From: Cyanophora paradoxa CCMP329
Taxonomy: Eukaryota > Plantae > Glaucophyta
Length of the DNA: 64,000 nt
Assembly (NCBI GenBank): GCA_004431415.1
Contig: QPMI01000519.1
Location: 62,001-126,000, forward strand
Direction of reading: 5' to 3'
How positions within the stretch are numbered: position 1 is the stretch's first letter; each line of letters opens with the position of its first letter. Below the pieces are notes generated by a model. It was not told the DNA's origin and did not search any database. It saw only the letters and a program-made list of their open reading frames with translations. Both the position numbers and the translations under genes were made by a program. Below, in pieces: positions 35,901 to 49,157 of the stretch.

Positions 35901-38447
35901 GTCGATCTGCGTCCAGTCCTCCTTCACGCCGTCCCGGAACCCGAAGTCACCCCCCTCCGCTTCCTGCCCGCGGCGCCCCGGTCAGGCGCGCGAGGCCGGC
36001 GGGGGGCGGGGCGGAGGAGGGGGCGCGGCGGGCCTCCTGCTCCATGAAGAAGTCCTTGCGGAGGAGGCGCGGGGCGAGGGCGCGGAGGAGGGGCTGGTTG
36101 ACCCAGGAGCAGCGCCTGTGGCACCGGTCGCGCCACTTGATCTTGTAGTCCAGCCTGTCGCCCCGCTTCGGCGCGAGCAGCAGGTCCAGCGTCGCCGCCT
36201 CCGCCCCCGCCCCCGCCCCGGGCTCCCCCTTCACCGCCCCCGCCCCCGCCGCCTCGCCCCCGCCCGCCTCGGCCTTCGGCGCCGCTGCGGCCGCCGCCGC
36301 CTCGGCGCCCGCCTCCGTCTTGACGGCGGCCGCCTCGGCTCCGCTCGGCTCCGCCTTGACCGGCGAGACGAGGCCGGCGGCGTGCGCGTCGCCCGGGTGC
36401 GGCGCGTGGAAGACGTTGGGCGCCTTGGCCTTGCGCACCCAGATGACCTCCTCGATGATCGACGAGTCCTGCGCGGGGCGCGCGCGCGCGCTCTCAGCCG
36501 CGACGTCCCCAGGCGGTCGCAGGCGGCGGCGGGAGGCGGAGGCGCACGTGAAGGGGGCAGATCCACGCCAGGTCGTCGACGTTGGGCACCTCGGGCAGCG
36601 GCGGCGGCGGGTTCGTGCAGCACTTCAGGTGGTACCTGCTCGGCGGGGCGGTGCGGGGCGGGGCGGGGGGCGGTCAGACGCTAGAGAAGCGAGTACGGAG
36701 GGGCGAGCGGAGGCGGCGGGGCGGACCACTGGTCGCAGTAGTCGCAGCAGACCATGACGCCGACGTCCTCCTCCGGCCCGCCGCAGACCCCGCAGGCCTC
36801 CAGCGCGTGGAACGCCTCGGCCGGCTCCTCGGGGCGCGGCCGCGCGCGCTTCTTGCGCGCCGCCTCCCCCTCGCTCCCGCTCCCCGACGCCTCCCCGTCC
36901 TCCTCCCCGTCCTCGCCCGCCCCGGGCTCGACGTAGGAGACGCGCTTGCCCCCCGACCGGAGGCTCTTCCGCGGCTCCTCCCCCCAGACCGGCGACTGCT
37001 GCGCCGCCGCCGCCGCCGCCCCGCGCTTCTTGCCGCGGCCGCCCCGGCCCGTACCGCGCCCGCCGCCGCGCCCGCCGCGGCCGCGGCCGCGCCCCGGCTT
37101 GCTGGGCACGCCGTCCGAGTCGACGGGGTCATCGCTCTCCTCGTCCTCCTCCTCCGCCTCCTCGGCGCTCTCGTCGTCGCTGCCGCGGCTCCGCCGGCCG
37201 CCCCGGCCGCGCCCCCGCCCGCCTGTGCTCCCGCGGCCCCTTCCGCCGCGCCCGCCCGCGCGGGGGCCGCGGCGCCGCGCCCGCGGCCCGGCCGCGCCCG
37301 CCCGAGCCGGGGCGGCCGAGCCGCGAGTGCCTCGCCTCCTCCTCGGCATCCTCCTCGGCCTCGTCCTCCTCGGCCTCGTCCTCCTCGTCGGCCTCCTCCT
37401 CCGGCTCGCCCTCGTCGCTCATGGGCGCCGTGGCGAACCCCGCGGGAGCTTCGGGCGCGCGAGCGCGTCGTCGCTCGCCCGGGAGTCGGGCGAGGCCGAG
37501 GGCGCCGGGGGCGCCGGGAGGGACGGGGCGCGCGGCGCGACGGTCCACGGCCGCCCCGACGCGTCGAAGAAGCGCCAGTCGCCGGCCGGCAGGGGCGACC
37601 GCGTCCACCGCTCGGGGCTGTAGACGTAGCTGCGCGCCACCCCCCGAGCCCTCACGCCTGCCCCGCGCCGCCGAGCCGAGCCGGCGGGGCGGCGCACCGG
37701 CAGAAGAGGTGGTCGGGGGCGGTCGGGCGTTGGAAGGGCTCGCCGTGCCTCACGAAGTGCATCGTGACGTGCCCGCGCACGGCCCGCGCCGGGTGGTCCT
37801 CCTCCACGTCCTCCGACGCGAAGACCTCCCCTTTCTCCGCCTTCCAGCGGCCCCCGTCGCCCTGCGCGCGCGCCGCCCGCGTCCGGCCGGGGCCGACCGA
37901 GCCGGAAGGGCCGGCCGCGGGCGGGCGCGCACGCGGAACGCTTCGTCGCTGTAGAACATCCAGCTGTAGCAGCACTGCAGCTCCCTTCCGTGCTCTGCGG
38001 CGGGCCTCGGCGACGGCGGGCGAGCGTCCGGGCGGAGCGCGTGCGCCGCGGTCGGACCCTGCTCCTGCACGTAAATGCTCTGGATGCGGGCGACCTCGAG
38101 GTACTCGTCGGAGACGTCGACGTACACGTACTCGCCAGCGCGGTAGCTATCGCCCGGGCGTAAGAAGGGAAAAGGAAGAAAGAGGAGTCCGCGCCGGCCG
38201 CGAACCGGGTTCCCTTCAAGACGAACGCCCGGTAGTACGTGCGACCCTCGGGTGCGTCGGGCTCATCGCAGGGCTCCTGGGGAATCGGGTCCGGCTCGTC
38301 CGGCCGCACGCGCGGGGCCAGCTTCTTGAACGTCTTCTTCCCGCCGCCCGGCGAAGCCAGCTCTGCATCGCCGTCCTCCTCGACGCGCTGCCGCTTCGGC
38401 TTCACTGGAATGTCGAGCTCGTCTTCGTCCTCCATCGCGGGCGCCAT
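29456..38447 (-). CDS. CHD3/Mi-2/PICKLE-like chromatin remodeler with N-terminal BAH domain (BAH-PHD-chromo x2-SNF2 ATPase-helicase C-SANT/SLIDE-like)
   Basis: BAH-like YYRAFVLKGTRF..YVYVD..VARIQSIY..CYSWMFY..HLFCRYVY. PHD CGVCGG..CCDYCDQW YHLKC. Chromo YKIKWRDRCHRRCSW and EYLVKWCQLEYSCCTWE. ATPase LADEMG/GKTVQT, DEAH, LLSTKAGGLGLNL and QALSRAYRIGQ. Confidence 0.9.
29941..29977. repeat. (CTG)n microsatellite encoding poly-Gln in the remodeler C-terminus
   Basis: About 12 CAG codons on the minus strand. Confidence 0.85.
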
Positions 38448-39622
38448 CGAAGCGCGCGCTCAGCGCTCTGCGACCGACGTTCTCGGATCGAACCGGGACG
38501 GCGTAGCCACAGCTTCGGGCGAGACGCACGCTGAAGGCTTTGTCCAGGAGCGATAGCTAACGATGCCGCTGCCGTGGCCGCCGTGACAAAGACCGAGCGA
38601 ACCCTGCGTCAGGATCAGCGCAGGGCGCGAGCAAGCTGTGGTACTCTCCAGAGCGGGTGAGCGCACAGAAGCTCGAAACGATCGTCAAACCGGGTCGAGC
38701 CCGCTCGGATGGTCGCACGGCCGCCGCCCCTGCAAAGGAAGATGGTCAGACCGCGCCCCGTCGAAGGCACGACAATTTGATCCGCGGCAAACGAGCCCTT
38801 CTGGCCCTTGCATACGCCCGCGATGGTCGAAGCTTCCAGATGCACGCATCGCTCACCTCGTGAATGTCGTGCTCCGCGATCCTCGCGTTAGCTACCACCA
38901 AAGGGAACGCATCCAGGCTGAGCAGAGATGTAAGAACAAGAACGAAGCACACAGGGCCTCGCTCCGCTAGGAATCCGCCCGCGACTCGCCAACTCCTCAA
39001 CACGACTGTACCAATCGACCCCCTTACAATTCAGGTTGCATATCACGTGTGAACTATTCTATCTGGCGGAAATTCGCCCGGATCATGCCGCTCACCTCGA
39101 CCTCCCTTCACGACGGTTGCCTGTGCTCCGACCCCGGACCGTGCATGCGGCGAGTGCAGTTCGAATTCACAAGATCAAAAACGCAAAGAAAAAGGATTCA
39201 TAGTTATTCCCCCCGGCGGGCGAGTCTGGGTACGCGATCATACCCAAGTCTTGGCTACGCGCGCTAGCGCTGGTACCGGTGCTGCGCCCGCGGTCGCGCG
39301 CGCGCGGCGCGGCCGCGGCTGTGGGCGCCGGGACCCGGCGCGGGCTCGCAAATGGGCCCGGCCGGCGCCGGCTGCGGCCGCTGAGCGAGCTAGCTGGACT
39401 GCTTGGACAAGCTAGCGCTAGCTATAGCTTTCCGCGCGCATGCGCACCCGGCCCGGCGCCGCGTCATGTGCACGTGCAAGCAGAGGATGAAGAGACAGAA
39501 TTCGAACGTCAAGGATATTCGGCCTGCCTGGCAGTAACTTAGTAAACACGTTAATTTCAATGCACGCTAAACAGTCAAATCCGATGAGCGGGTCCTAGAA
39601 AGGACCGCGGAAGGGTACGCGC

Positions 39623-41551
39623 TCAGACGTCGTAGGTGGGCGCGCGGCCGCCGTAGCCGCCGCCGATGTACTGGGAGAGGGGGTACCGCTGCATCTGCGC
39701 CCGGCGGTTCTTGGCGGCGACGGTGTACCAGACCGCCGCGATGATGAGGACGAGGAGGAGGACGGAGAAGATGACGATGACGGCGATGAGCCAGCCTGGG
39801 GCGGCGAGTCAGCGGTCGGCGGCGCGCGCGCGACGCGCTGGAGCAGCGAGCTCGAGCTGACCCGGCATGCCGAAGGTCGTGCCCCAGGAGGTGAAGCGCC
39901 CGGCCGGGTCGTTGCGGGACGAGAGCTCCGCCATCTTCGCCTCCGCCCCGTTGGCCTTGGGCGTGGCGACCGAGAAGGCGGCCACGCTCCCCTCGACGTT
40001 GCCCGTCTGCCCCGCCACCGGCACCAGCTCCAGGAAGACGAAGTAGGCGGTCGCGTAGCCGTAGACCGCCGTCACCGTCGCGTTGTCCCCGGGGCCGCTG
40101 CCGGCCGTCGCCTGCCCGAAGCGGAAGACGGCGGTGCCCGTCGCGTCCACCGTGACGATCTTCCGCGCGAGGGGCGTCGCCCCCGCGTTGATCTTGTACC
40201 CGCCGGAGAGCGCGGAGACGCTCGAGGGGGCGTACAGCGTCGCGCTGAGGATGCTCCCCGCCGGCGCATTCCCGTTCCTGCGCGGCGCGCTCCGGCAGCG
40301 CCGTCAGCTCTCAGCGGGCTCCAGCCCGAGCCTTCAGCTTCGTGCGGGCGCCCCGCTCTAGATATCTTCCCAGGCCCGCGCCCACGCACACGACAATGTA
40401 GTTGCAGAGGTCGCCGGTCATGGGGCTGGACACCCGGCACGCCTGCAGCTGCGGCGCGCGCCCCCGCCGGTCAGTCACGGCGCCCCGGTGGGGCGGGCGG
40501 CTGCGCGGGCGGAAGGGGGGTACCAGGTACAGGGGGTTGGAGGGCGCGAGGGAGATGGAGGCGGCCGACGAGTCGAGCTTGGCGGCGTTCTGCGGGGCGC
40601 GGCCGGCGTCGGGGATACGGCTCTGCTACGGGGGGGTGGGGTGGGGGGCGAAGACGGGGGTACCTGGGCGACTGATCCGGCCCAGATGGTGACGGGGACG
40701 TCGACGTCGGAGGAGCCGCCGTCGATCTTCGCGAAGAGGAAGAAGGGTACGGGGAGCTCAGTGAAGGTCCCCGCGTCACCCGCCTTGCGGTACGTCTTGT
40801 CCGCCGGCCGCCCCTTCTGCTCGCCCCGGCGCACCCGCGTGAGCCGGAGGCCGGCCCGCTCGGCGCAGCCCGGCGGCGGGGCGGCGACGCGGGGTGCGCA
40901 CCCCGGAGGTCCAGTCGGCGCTCCAGGAGGTGACCCACTCGTCGAACGGGGAGGCGCCGGGCTTCGGGGCCCACACGGCGGTCGCCTTGCCCTCCTCGCC
41001 CTTCACCAGCTGCACCGACTTCGCGTCGTACCTGTCCGGCGCCGCCCCGGTCAGAGCCCTGCAGCTTGCGGGCCGAGCTCGGGCAGCGGCCGGAGCCAGC
41101 CGCCAGCGCCACGCACAGGGTGAACTTGATGTCCGAGCTGCCGGCGGCCGTGACCTTGTCGATCAAGACCGTCCAGTAGGTCGTGCACGCGTACGTCGGG
41201 CCCGTCGCCGCCGCCGTGCTCCCTGCGAGCACGCTTGAGGCGCTGGCGTGGACAGGAGACGCGCCCGCAAGCTTGGCCCAGCGAGTCTGCTTCGCTCGGG
41301 CGCGTGCTGCTGGCGCTCTATCTTCTTCTCCCTCGTGCTACACTCGTGCTACATAAGCGGCGGGGCGCAGGGCCGGGCACACCATAGATTCCGGCGCAGA
41401 GGGGCGCAACGTAGACCTGCGCCTTACGAGTGACGACCAGGTTCGACAGCGTGTCGCTTGTCAAGATGTAGCTCTGAGCATGCACAGACGGGAGCGCGGC
41501 CACCACGAAGACGAAGGCGGCAATCGCCGTAAGGGCGCGCATTGCCGCCAT
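39623..41551 (-). CDS. Type I membrane protein of unknown function (multi-exon)
   Basis: Signal peptide MAAMRALTAIAAFVFVVAALPSVHA. C-terminal TM WLIAVIVIFSVLLLVLIIAAVWY. Short tail ending PTYDV*. Confidence 0.75.
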
Positions 41552-41897
41552 ACTTGCTCGCTTCTACGCGTCTCCCGCAGGCAGAGACTGCGAGGAAGGG
41601 CCGCTGCCGAACCTCGGAAAGTTGGACCGCAGCTGGGAGCTCCGAGCCTCGCAGCAAGTACCGGCGAACGAAGTCTTCTCGTACCCCAATCGTGAAGCGC
41701 GAATTTGACTGCATGCAGGCCACGGCCAGCCTCTAGTAGCCCTCTACCTCGGGGTCTCATCCAAAACGCAGATGCCTCGATGCGTGAGGCTCGGCGGCGC
41801 GGCGGCGGCCGGCGCTTTTCTCCGCGCGCGCGGCGACTAAGCGAACTCGAATTCTGTACACCCCGCGCTACCGCCATCTCTACTAGGCTGCGCTGCG

Positions 41898-43976
41898 CTA
41901 CCGCTGCTGGTCCTGCGCCAGCTGCTGCTCGCGGAGGGTGGCGCGCACGCGGCGATTCAGCGCGTCCAGCGTCGTCAGGTACTCCTCGGGCTGACGGCCC
42001 CCGGCGTCAGCTCAACGCCGACGTATTGAGCCCTGATGTATACGTAATCTTAATCATAAGCCACACGTACCTCCACGGTGCGCGTCCATATGTCCGCCAT
42101 CTCGAACACGGACTGGAAGAGGTCCGCAAATTCCATCGCCGCTTTCCCCTTGCTGTCCTTCGCCCAGTCCGCCTGATCATGAGAGCGGGGTAACGGCCAG
42201 TTAGGACGCGGCGCGGGAGGAAGCGGGGGATACCGGGTTCCGCACCGAGGCGATCGCGACTGCGTCCTCTGCGGTCATCTGGGGTACGGAGGCGGGTTAG
42301 GGGGTACGGCGAGGGCGCCGGGGCGTGGCGGGCCTTCGGGATGAGGATGCGCGTGACGCAGGTCATGACCTTTAGGAACGCCTCCTTGTTCACGTTCCTG
42401 GGAGGGGAGGGTACGGTGGGCACGCGAGCAGGCGAGACGGAGCGGGTGCTGGGGGAGGGGGTAAGCCGTACCCGTCGTTGTCGGTGTCGAAGAGGCGCGT
42501 GAAGCGGCGGATGGCATCTACGACCCCTGGGTACAGCAAAGTGCAATGTGAGAAACGGGGGTACCGGGAGAGGGTTGAGCGGGGGACGGGTACCGGGGTT
42601 CGTGCGCAGCTTCTGGCGCTTCGCGAGGTTCTCGGGGCTGTCCCACCGGGGGTCCCCGTCCTCATCTGAAGGGCGTCGTCTGGAGGGTGGGGGGCTGGAG
42701 AGAGAGGGGTAGGTGCGGACAGTAAGGCTTGACGCGGGCGTTGTCGCGGTTGGGGTCGAAGAGGAATTCGACGAAGGGGTGCCTCTCCTGCCTCAGCTGC
42801 GCGGCCCGGGCGCTCGCTCAGCGCTCCGGGTGGAGCGGGGGCGCGGGGCCGGTCTGGCCCAGTCGAACGAGGGTGGTAGAAGGGGGGCGGGGGAGGCGCG
42901 ACTCCGCTCTAGAGGAGGGTGATAGTAAGGAGGGCGGGCAGGCGGGCGGGGCGCGCCTCCATGCTCTCGGTGACGCCGGCGCCGGCGTCGCCGTAGCTCC
43001 TCCGCACCACGTAGACGCGCCCCTTCCTGTCCGCGAAGGGCCCCTGCGAGACGCGGAAGCCGCCTGGAGGCGGGGACGAGGCCGTCGGGCTCGGGAGCGG
43101 GAGTGGGGAAGGATGACGGAGGGGCGCGGGGCGCGCACCGCTGCCAGGGCGGGAGCGGGGCCGGGCGCCCGAGGCGCTGGCGCTGACGCGCGTCGGGCCC
43201 TTCTCCGCTGTGGTCGGCCGCAGCGACTCGGCGACGGAGGCGCGCGGCAGGGACTCGCGGTCGCCTTCGATGAGCACGTCGTCGTTCTGCGAGAGGCCGC
43301 CGGAGGTCTGCGGCCGCGGCGGCGGCAGCGTCCCGACGCTCGCGCTCGGCTCCGGCTCCTCCAGGATCGGCTCCGTGATGTATCGGGCCATGCCGCCGCC
43401 CATCTCCGCGCTCGCGCTCGGGTCGTACCGACTGTTGTTCCCCGCCAGCTGCTGCGACCTCCGAATGCGAAGCACGTTTTCCACGCTTATCGCCAGCTCC
43501 TCCTGCACGCGCGCGCCGGTCGTTTGAGCGCGAGAGGCGACGGAGAGCGCTTCTGCTCGACTTCTGCTGTCGGCTGCTCTATCGCGGACCGCAACGGCAT
43601 CGCGGGCAAGCTCAGAAAAGCGCAGGGCCCACACGTGGCGCCTATAGGGCATGCGGGGCGATAGCCGCTGTGTACACGGCGACCAGCGCAACATGCTTGA
43701 TGCCCGCATGGCACAGGAGTCCTTAGCTAAGCTCCCGAAGGCGGACCGGGAGCGCTCGTTAACTCGACGCACCGCGGAGATGCTGGCAAGCGATGCTAGG
43801 GGCGCCGTGGGATCCTTTTGTGCCTTCTGAGCTCTTGAGCCCTTGACACGGAGGACGTCGCCGATGGATAGGTCGTCCTGCGGCGCGGTTCAAAACGGGA
43901 GCACTGCAGCTGCAGGCGGCGGCAGCGCTGAGCTTACCTCTGCAGTGCCGCTGGGTCCTGCTACCGGTCCTGCCAT
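41898..43976 (-). CDS. EF-hand-containing protein (multi-exon)
   Basis: FTRLFDTDNDG/NVNKEAFLKVM, then ADWAKDSKGKAAMEFADLFQSVFEMADIWT. Start at 43976 is inferred from an ATG followed by a GTAAG donor. Confidence 0.65.
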
Positions 43977-44036
43977 GGCTCCGGACGGTTCTGGATCGAA
44001 ACTCGCTGAAGCTTGTACCCGGCTGTGCAGTGAGAA

Positions 44037-44728
44037 ATGAAGCCGCGGCCAGCCTTCGCGCTCTGCCTGGCGCTGGTGGTCGTCCTGCAGATGGCGCACG
44101 CGCAGTCGGGCGCATCAGACGGGAAGCCCGAGGGCGGCGGCGAGGCGAAGGTCGAAATGCAGGTCGGCAGCGCCCCGCACGAGAAGGATGAGTGGTCGGT
44201 GGGTGATATCGTCGACCTGGTGCGCGCAAATCGCTAGGCGTGGCGACCGTCCGCTCAACGCTGCCGCCGCAGGAATGCGCCACGAAGAACGCGACAGGCG
44301 GATTGACATGGTGCGTCAGCGCGACCGTCTCGTCGAGCCGCGAGTCATTGACGGCTTTCCCCTGCGACAGGGGGCCCGGGCCGGTGTGCAAGGAGACCGC
44401 GCAAGAGCTTTTCGTCCTGTTCGGTGCGCCCGGACCCGTACTCCCCCGCGTGCCCCGCCGCGGCACCTGGCGCGCCCGCTACTCTTAGCTAAGGGCTCTA
44501 AGTGCCTCAAAAATCGCACATACCGGCCCCGCGCGTGCGCATGCGCAGCTGACTCTGCGAGGGCGCAGGGGTTGATTGTATGCGGCGTCGCCCTGTGTGC
44601 ATGCCGTATCGCGTCTCGACCGCTGACTCTCGGCGGCCTCCCAGATTTCATGTACTGCGGCTTCACCCTCTCCAGCCAGGAGGAGTACGACGCTCTGGCC
44701 GCCAAGATCAAGCTCGAGCGTGCGCTCA

Positions 44729-44763
<35 letters not shown>

Positions 44764-45721
44764 TTCTCCCACCATCCCCTTCCCTCCTCCTCCCACTTTC
44801 TTATCCGCCCGCGGGATCGATTGCCTGCCGTGTCGCGGGCCGGGCCTGACTTGCATCGCCCCGCCGCGCCCGCAGAGACGTGGCAGTGCCGCGTACCCAT
44901 GGTCCCCTCTAAGAAGTTCTTCGTGCGTCCTACCCCCCCCCCCCCCCCCCCCCTCTCTGCTTATCTCACCTCCCCTTCTCCCTCGGGCCTAACGCCTGCC
45001 CTGCCCCAGGTCCCCTTTACGATTCAGATGTGGGGTACGCATCTCGAGGAGACGTGGGGGGTACGCAAAAGCCGGGGCGCCGCGCCGACGGCCGCGCAGG
45101 GGTAGTGGAGGAGGAGCACCTCCACGTGGACGCGCACGTCAACCTCGTCTTCCACGCTGTGCGTACCCCCTCGCCCGACACGCCGTACTCCCGACGCCGA
45201 CCCTCACCCACCTCTCCAGGACGCCGGCATGATCATCGGCGCTGCGGCGTACCCCGGTGCGCCTTCAACGCCCCTTGCCTCGCGCCGACGATCTCTCTGA
45301 CTCGATGGCGCACGGCACGCAGTGCTCGATCGCTTCCAGTGTACGGGCGCCGCGCCCCCGCCCGCCCCGCAAGCGCCACGTTAATCCTGCCTCGACCGGG
45401 CCCCGTTGCAGACGGCAAGCAGGGCTCCCTCATCAACCTGCACGGGCCCGTCCGGTGGTTCCTCAAGCACTCCTTCTCCGCGTACGCCCCCACGGGCCCC
45501 CCGGAGGTCCGAGCCGCCCCCGTACCCCCCGCGCCTTCACCCCTCCCCCACCCCCAACGCCCTGGCAGGGCGCGGGGCAGGACCTGGGGCTCATCACCGG
45601 GATTCTGGTGGCCCTTGCGGCTGTCGTCCTCACGGGCCTAATCTCCTGCGCCACGTTTGCCCTCGTCTACCGATACGTGCTCAAGCCGCGCCTCGTGCAG
45701 AAGTTCCTCAAGAAGGACTAG
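44037..45721 (+). CDS. Uncharacterised type I membrane protein (multi-exon)
   Basis: Signal peptide MKPRPAFALCLALVVVLQMAHA. Exons HLHVDAHVNLVFHA and LHGPVRWFLKHSF. C-terminal TM LITGILVALAAVVLTGLISCATFALVY, ending KFLKKD*. Confidence 0.75.
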
Positions 45722-45810
45722 GACAGGAATCACACACTAGGCAGGAATTCGAAGGCAGCAGCTCGCAGTGAGGTAGTAGTTAGGATCTTTCAATTATTGT
45801 TATGGTGCGT

Positions 45811-46415
45811 TCATACGAGCTTGAGGAGGACGAGGCAGAGGAGGAGGATGCCAACGATCTGCACGATCTTGATGGCGTCGTTCTTCTCGCGCGCCTCGTT
45901 GCTCTTCTTGATCGCCTCGTCCGCGATCTGCGCGGGCGAAGGAAAGCAAGCGCGCGTGGTCGACGTCAGCGGACGGGTTTGAGAAGCCGAGGCGGGGGGC
46001 GCGCAGATCCATGGCCAGAGCGCACCTGCTTGCCGAGGTAGATGATGGCAGCGCCGGCGCCGGCGACGACGATGGGCGCCAGGGCGCTGTTGAGGGCGGA
46101 CGTGAGGGCGCTGGCCGCAAGCTCGGTGGGGAGAGCGTGCGCGGCAGCCGCCGCGATGCATTCCGTCGCCATCGAGCAGCGCACGGAGGCCGCCGCGCTG
46201 GCGCCGCTGCTGGAGGCAGCCACAAACCGGCGCGGCACGGCGCCGAAGAAAGCTCGGCGCGCCTCCAGCGCAAGCTCGGCCCGTGCAACGCCGCTGCCGC
46301 TGGCGGCGACCTGCCGCCGATGTGCGGAGACGCACGCGGGCGCTGCCGTCTGCGCAACCGGCCCGGCGCGTGCGCGGGCCAGCGCCGGAGCCGACGCTAC
46401 GAAGCACTGTGCCAT
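45811..46415 (-). CDS. Small plastid-targeted two-TM membrane protein
   Basis: Ala/Arg/Ser-rich transit peptide MAQCFV...FFG..VRCSM, one intron, and two hydrophobic helices. Confidence 0.7.
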
Positions 46416-46517
46416 CTAGATATCTGCTGCTGTAGCCGCTGAAAGAGCGAACGAGCGCAAGGAATCCACCCGAAGAGGGGAGGCTTGTGCACATGTACCC
46501 CAGTACCCCTGAACGAG

Positions 46518-49157
46518 ATGTTCTGCAGCCCGACACCACTTCAGCGGCCTTTGTGGCTTGGGACCGGGCTTGAGTCGAGCCCTGCACGCCCGAGCCTCGC
46601 CTGCTGTGCCGTCCGACGCCGACCGGCGCGCCGCGGTGCGGAGGCCCCGCGCGCGAGCGCTGAGCTGGGTTTGGATCACGAGGATGCACGTACACGGAAA
46701 GTAAGCCGAGCCCGTCCTCCCCTGGGGCGCGGAGAGCTCTGCGGTCATACGCATCCGGTTCGCCTACAGGTCGCTCCGGCGCGGCGGGGCCCCGTCACGT
46801 TCGGCAGGCGGGAGGCGTTTGCTTTCCTCTGCGCGGGTGCCGCGGCGCTCGAGGCGTCCGCGCCCCGGCCCGCGTACGCGAAGGCGGCGACGGCCACGTC
46901 CAGCCCCCCAGCCGAAGCGGCCCTGGCACCTGACGAGGTCCAGACCATCAAACTCTTCGAGGAGGCGAGCGCGGCGGCCGTTCCCCGCCCGCCGCCGCGC
47001 GTCCGCGCACACGGCCGGCCCTACGGCTAACGAGAGCCGGCGCCGCGCACGGGCAGGCGACGAAGTCGGTCGTGTACATCGACATCCTGCGCTCCGTGCA
47101 GACGTTCGGAAACATGATGCCCACCGAGATCCCCGAGGGCGCGCCGGCGCCGCGCGCTCCCGCTCGGCGGCTTCGCCGGCGCCCCTCTGACTCGGTGGGC
47201 CCGGCCGGCCGCAGGCACGGGCTCCGGCTTCATATGGGACAATGACGGTCACGTCATAACTAGTCCGCCCCCCCTCGCCCTGCCCCGCCCCCACGCCGCG
47301 CCCGCTGACGCTCGGGGGTATGCGTAGACTACCATGTGGTCGCCCCGCTGGTGGGGAAGGACCCGCGAGCGGGTACGGCATTGGCGCGGGTCACTGTCCT
47401 GGGCGTCGACGGCTCCCTCGCGATCTTCGAAGGGCGTCTCGTCGGATTCGACGCCGCGAAGGACATTGCGATCCTCGACGTGCGCCCTCGCGTACCCCTC
47501 TGCACCTCCGGTTGAGGCCGCGGGCTCGAATCCGGGCGGGTCCAGATCGACGCCCCCGCGGACCTCCTGCGCCCGATGCCGATTGGCTCTTCAGCCCCGC
47601 TGCGCGTCGGCCAGCGCTGCCTCGCCATCGGTACCCCCCCCCTCCCCCCGCGGCGCTGTGCCCCTCGTCCCGCCGATTCCATTTCGCAGGGAACCCCTTC
47701 GGGCTCGACCACACGCTCACCACCGGTGCCCCCGCCCGCCCTTCTTTTACAGTACCCCCCTCGGGCGGGCCTCACGCGGGGCGGCAGGGGTGATCAGCGG
47801 CCTCGGGAGGACGATCGTGTCCCCCGTCGGCCTCCCCATCTCGGGCGCCATACAGACCGACGCCGCCATCAACCCCGGTGCCGCCCTACGTCCCGGCTGC
47901 CCCCGCAGGCTTCCCCTGATGCCGGGCGCAGGGAACAGCGGGGGCCCGCTGCTGAACTCGGCGGGGCAGGTCATCGGCGTGAACGCCTCCATCCTCTCCA
48001 AGTGCGCCCCCGATAGCGAGCTCCCGGCCCCTTCAAGCTCCTCTCAGCAGTCTCTAGCACCACCCCCGTCTCCTCCTCGCTCTGTGCGACCCGCCTGGAT
48101 TTCTGAGCTCTGTACCACTTTCCCCGCCAGGTCGGGCACCTCCTCCGGCGTCGGCTTCGCGATCCCCATCGGTGCCCCCCGCGCCCCCCTTCTCCCGCCC
48201 GATGCCCTTCCCCCTGATTTCCCCCTCCCCGCCAGACACGGTGGGGAGGATCGTGGGCCAGCTGCTGGAGAAGGGGCGGGTGACGCGGGCGAGCCTCGGC
48301 ATCGCCGTCGCCCCGGACCAGATCGCCGTCCAGCTCCGCATCCCCAAGGTCCCCTCCCCTCTTTCAGATCAGAAGCTCGCAGCTCGAAGCCCGCTTGGAT
48401 TCTTGGATTCTCCGTCGCCCTGCAAGCCAGCCAGCCCCCTCACTGAGTGACGCCCGGGACGCGCGGCAGGGCGGGGGCGCGCTGGTGATGGCGGTCAAGC
48501 CGGGCGGCCCGGCGGAGAAGGCCGGCGTGCGCCCCACGCGCCCCTCCGGCATCGGCCTCGGCAGGCCCGCCCCGGCCCCGCCCCGCCCCGCCAGATTCCT
48601 CTGAGCGCGGCTACTGCGAACCGCAGGAGCTTCGCGCTGGGGGACATCGTCGTGGGCGTCGACGACGTCAAGGCCGGCCCCCGCCCGCCCCGCCCCGCCG
48701 GCGCCTAGACCCTTCCGCTCAATACGAGAGAGACCGTGTGCGCGCTGCGCTGAGGGCCGGGGCGGGGCGGGGCAGGTGACGCGGTACGCGGACCTCTTCG
48801 AGGCGCTGGACGAGCGGGCCCCGGGGGACAAGGTCGTCCTCCGCCTCCTCCGCGACGGCAAGGTCCGCGGAGAGGGGGCGGGGCGGGGTTGCCGTTGGCG
48901 GTGGGGCCCGGCGCATAGGATTGCAGGGCACCGCCATCGACCGTCGGGCGTCGCGTTCTAGATGCAGATCTCCGCAGCTCTTCTCGCGGTCTCTCCTGAT
49001 CATGAGGGGGCGACGGGAGGCGAAGGGGGCCCGGGGGGAGGGCGGCGAGGGGGCCGGGGTGGGGATGGGCGCTGCCAGGCTTCCTGTATGTCGCCATTGA
49101 GTGCCGTCCGCGCAGCCGCAGGAGGTGACCGTCGAGCTCGAGGAGTCGTCGGAGTAG
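46518..49157 (+). CDS. Deg/HtrA serine protease with PDZ domain, probably thylakoid lumen (Deg1/5/8-like)
   Basis: [53 protein letters not shown] and a PDZ (GGPAEKAG). Twin-Arg signal [12 protein letters not shown]. Confidence 0.92.

Noticed and set aside
29286-38534. Long + strand ORFs (e.g. 36582-38534, 32391-33635)
   Set aside because: Antisense shadows of the GC-rich remodeler gene with Arg/Pro/Gly-biased translations.
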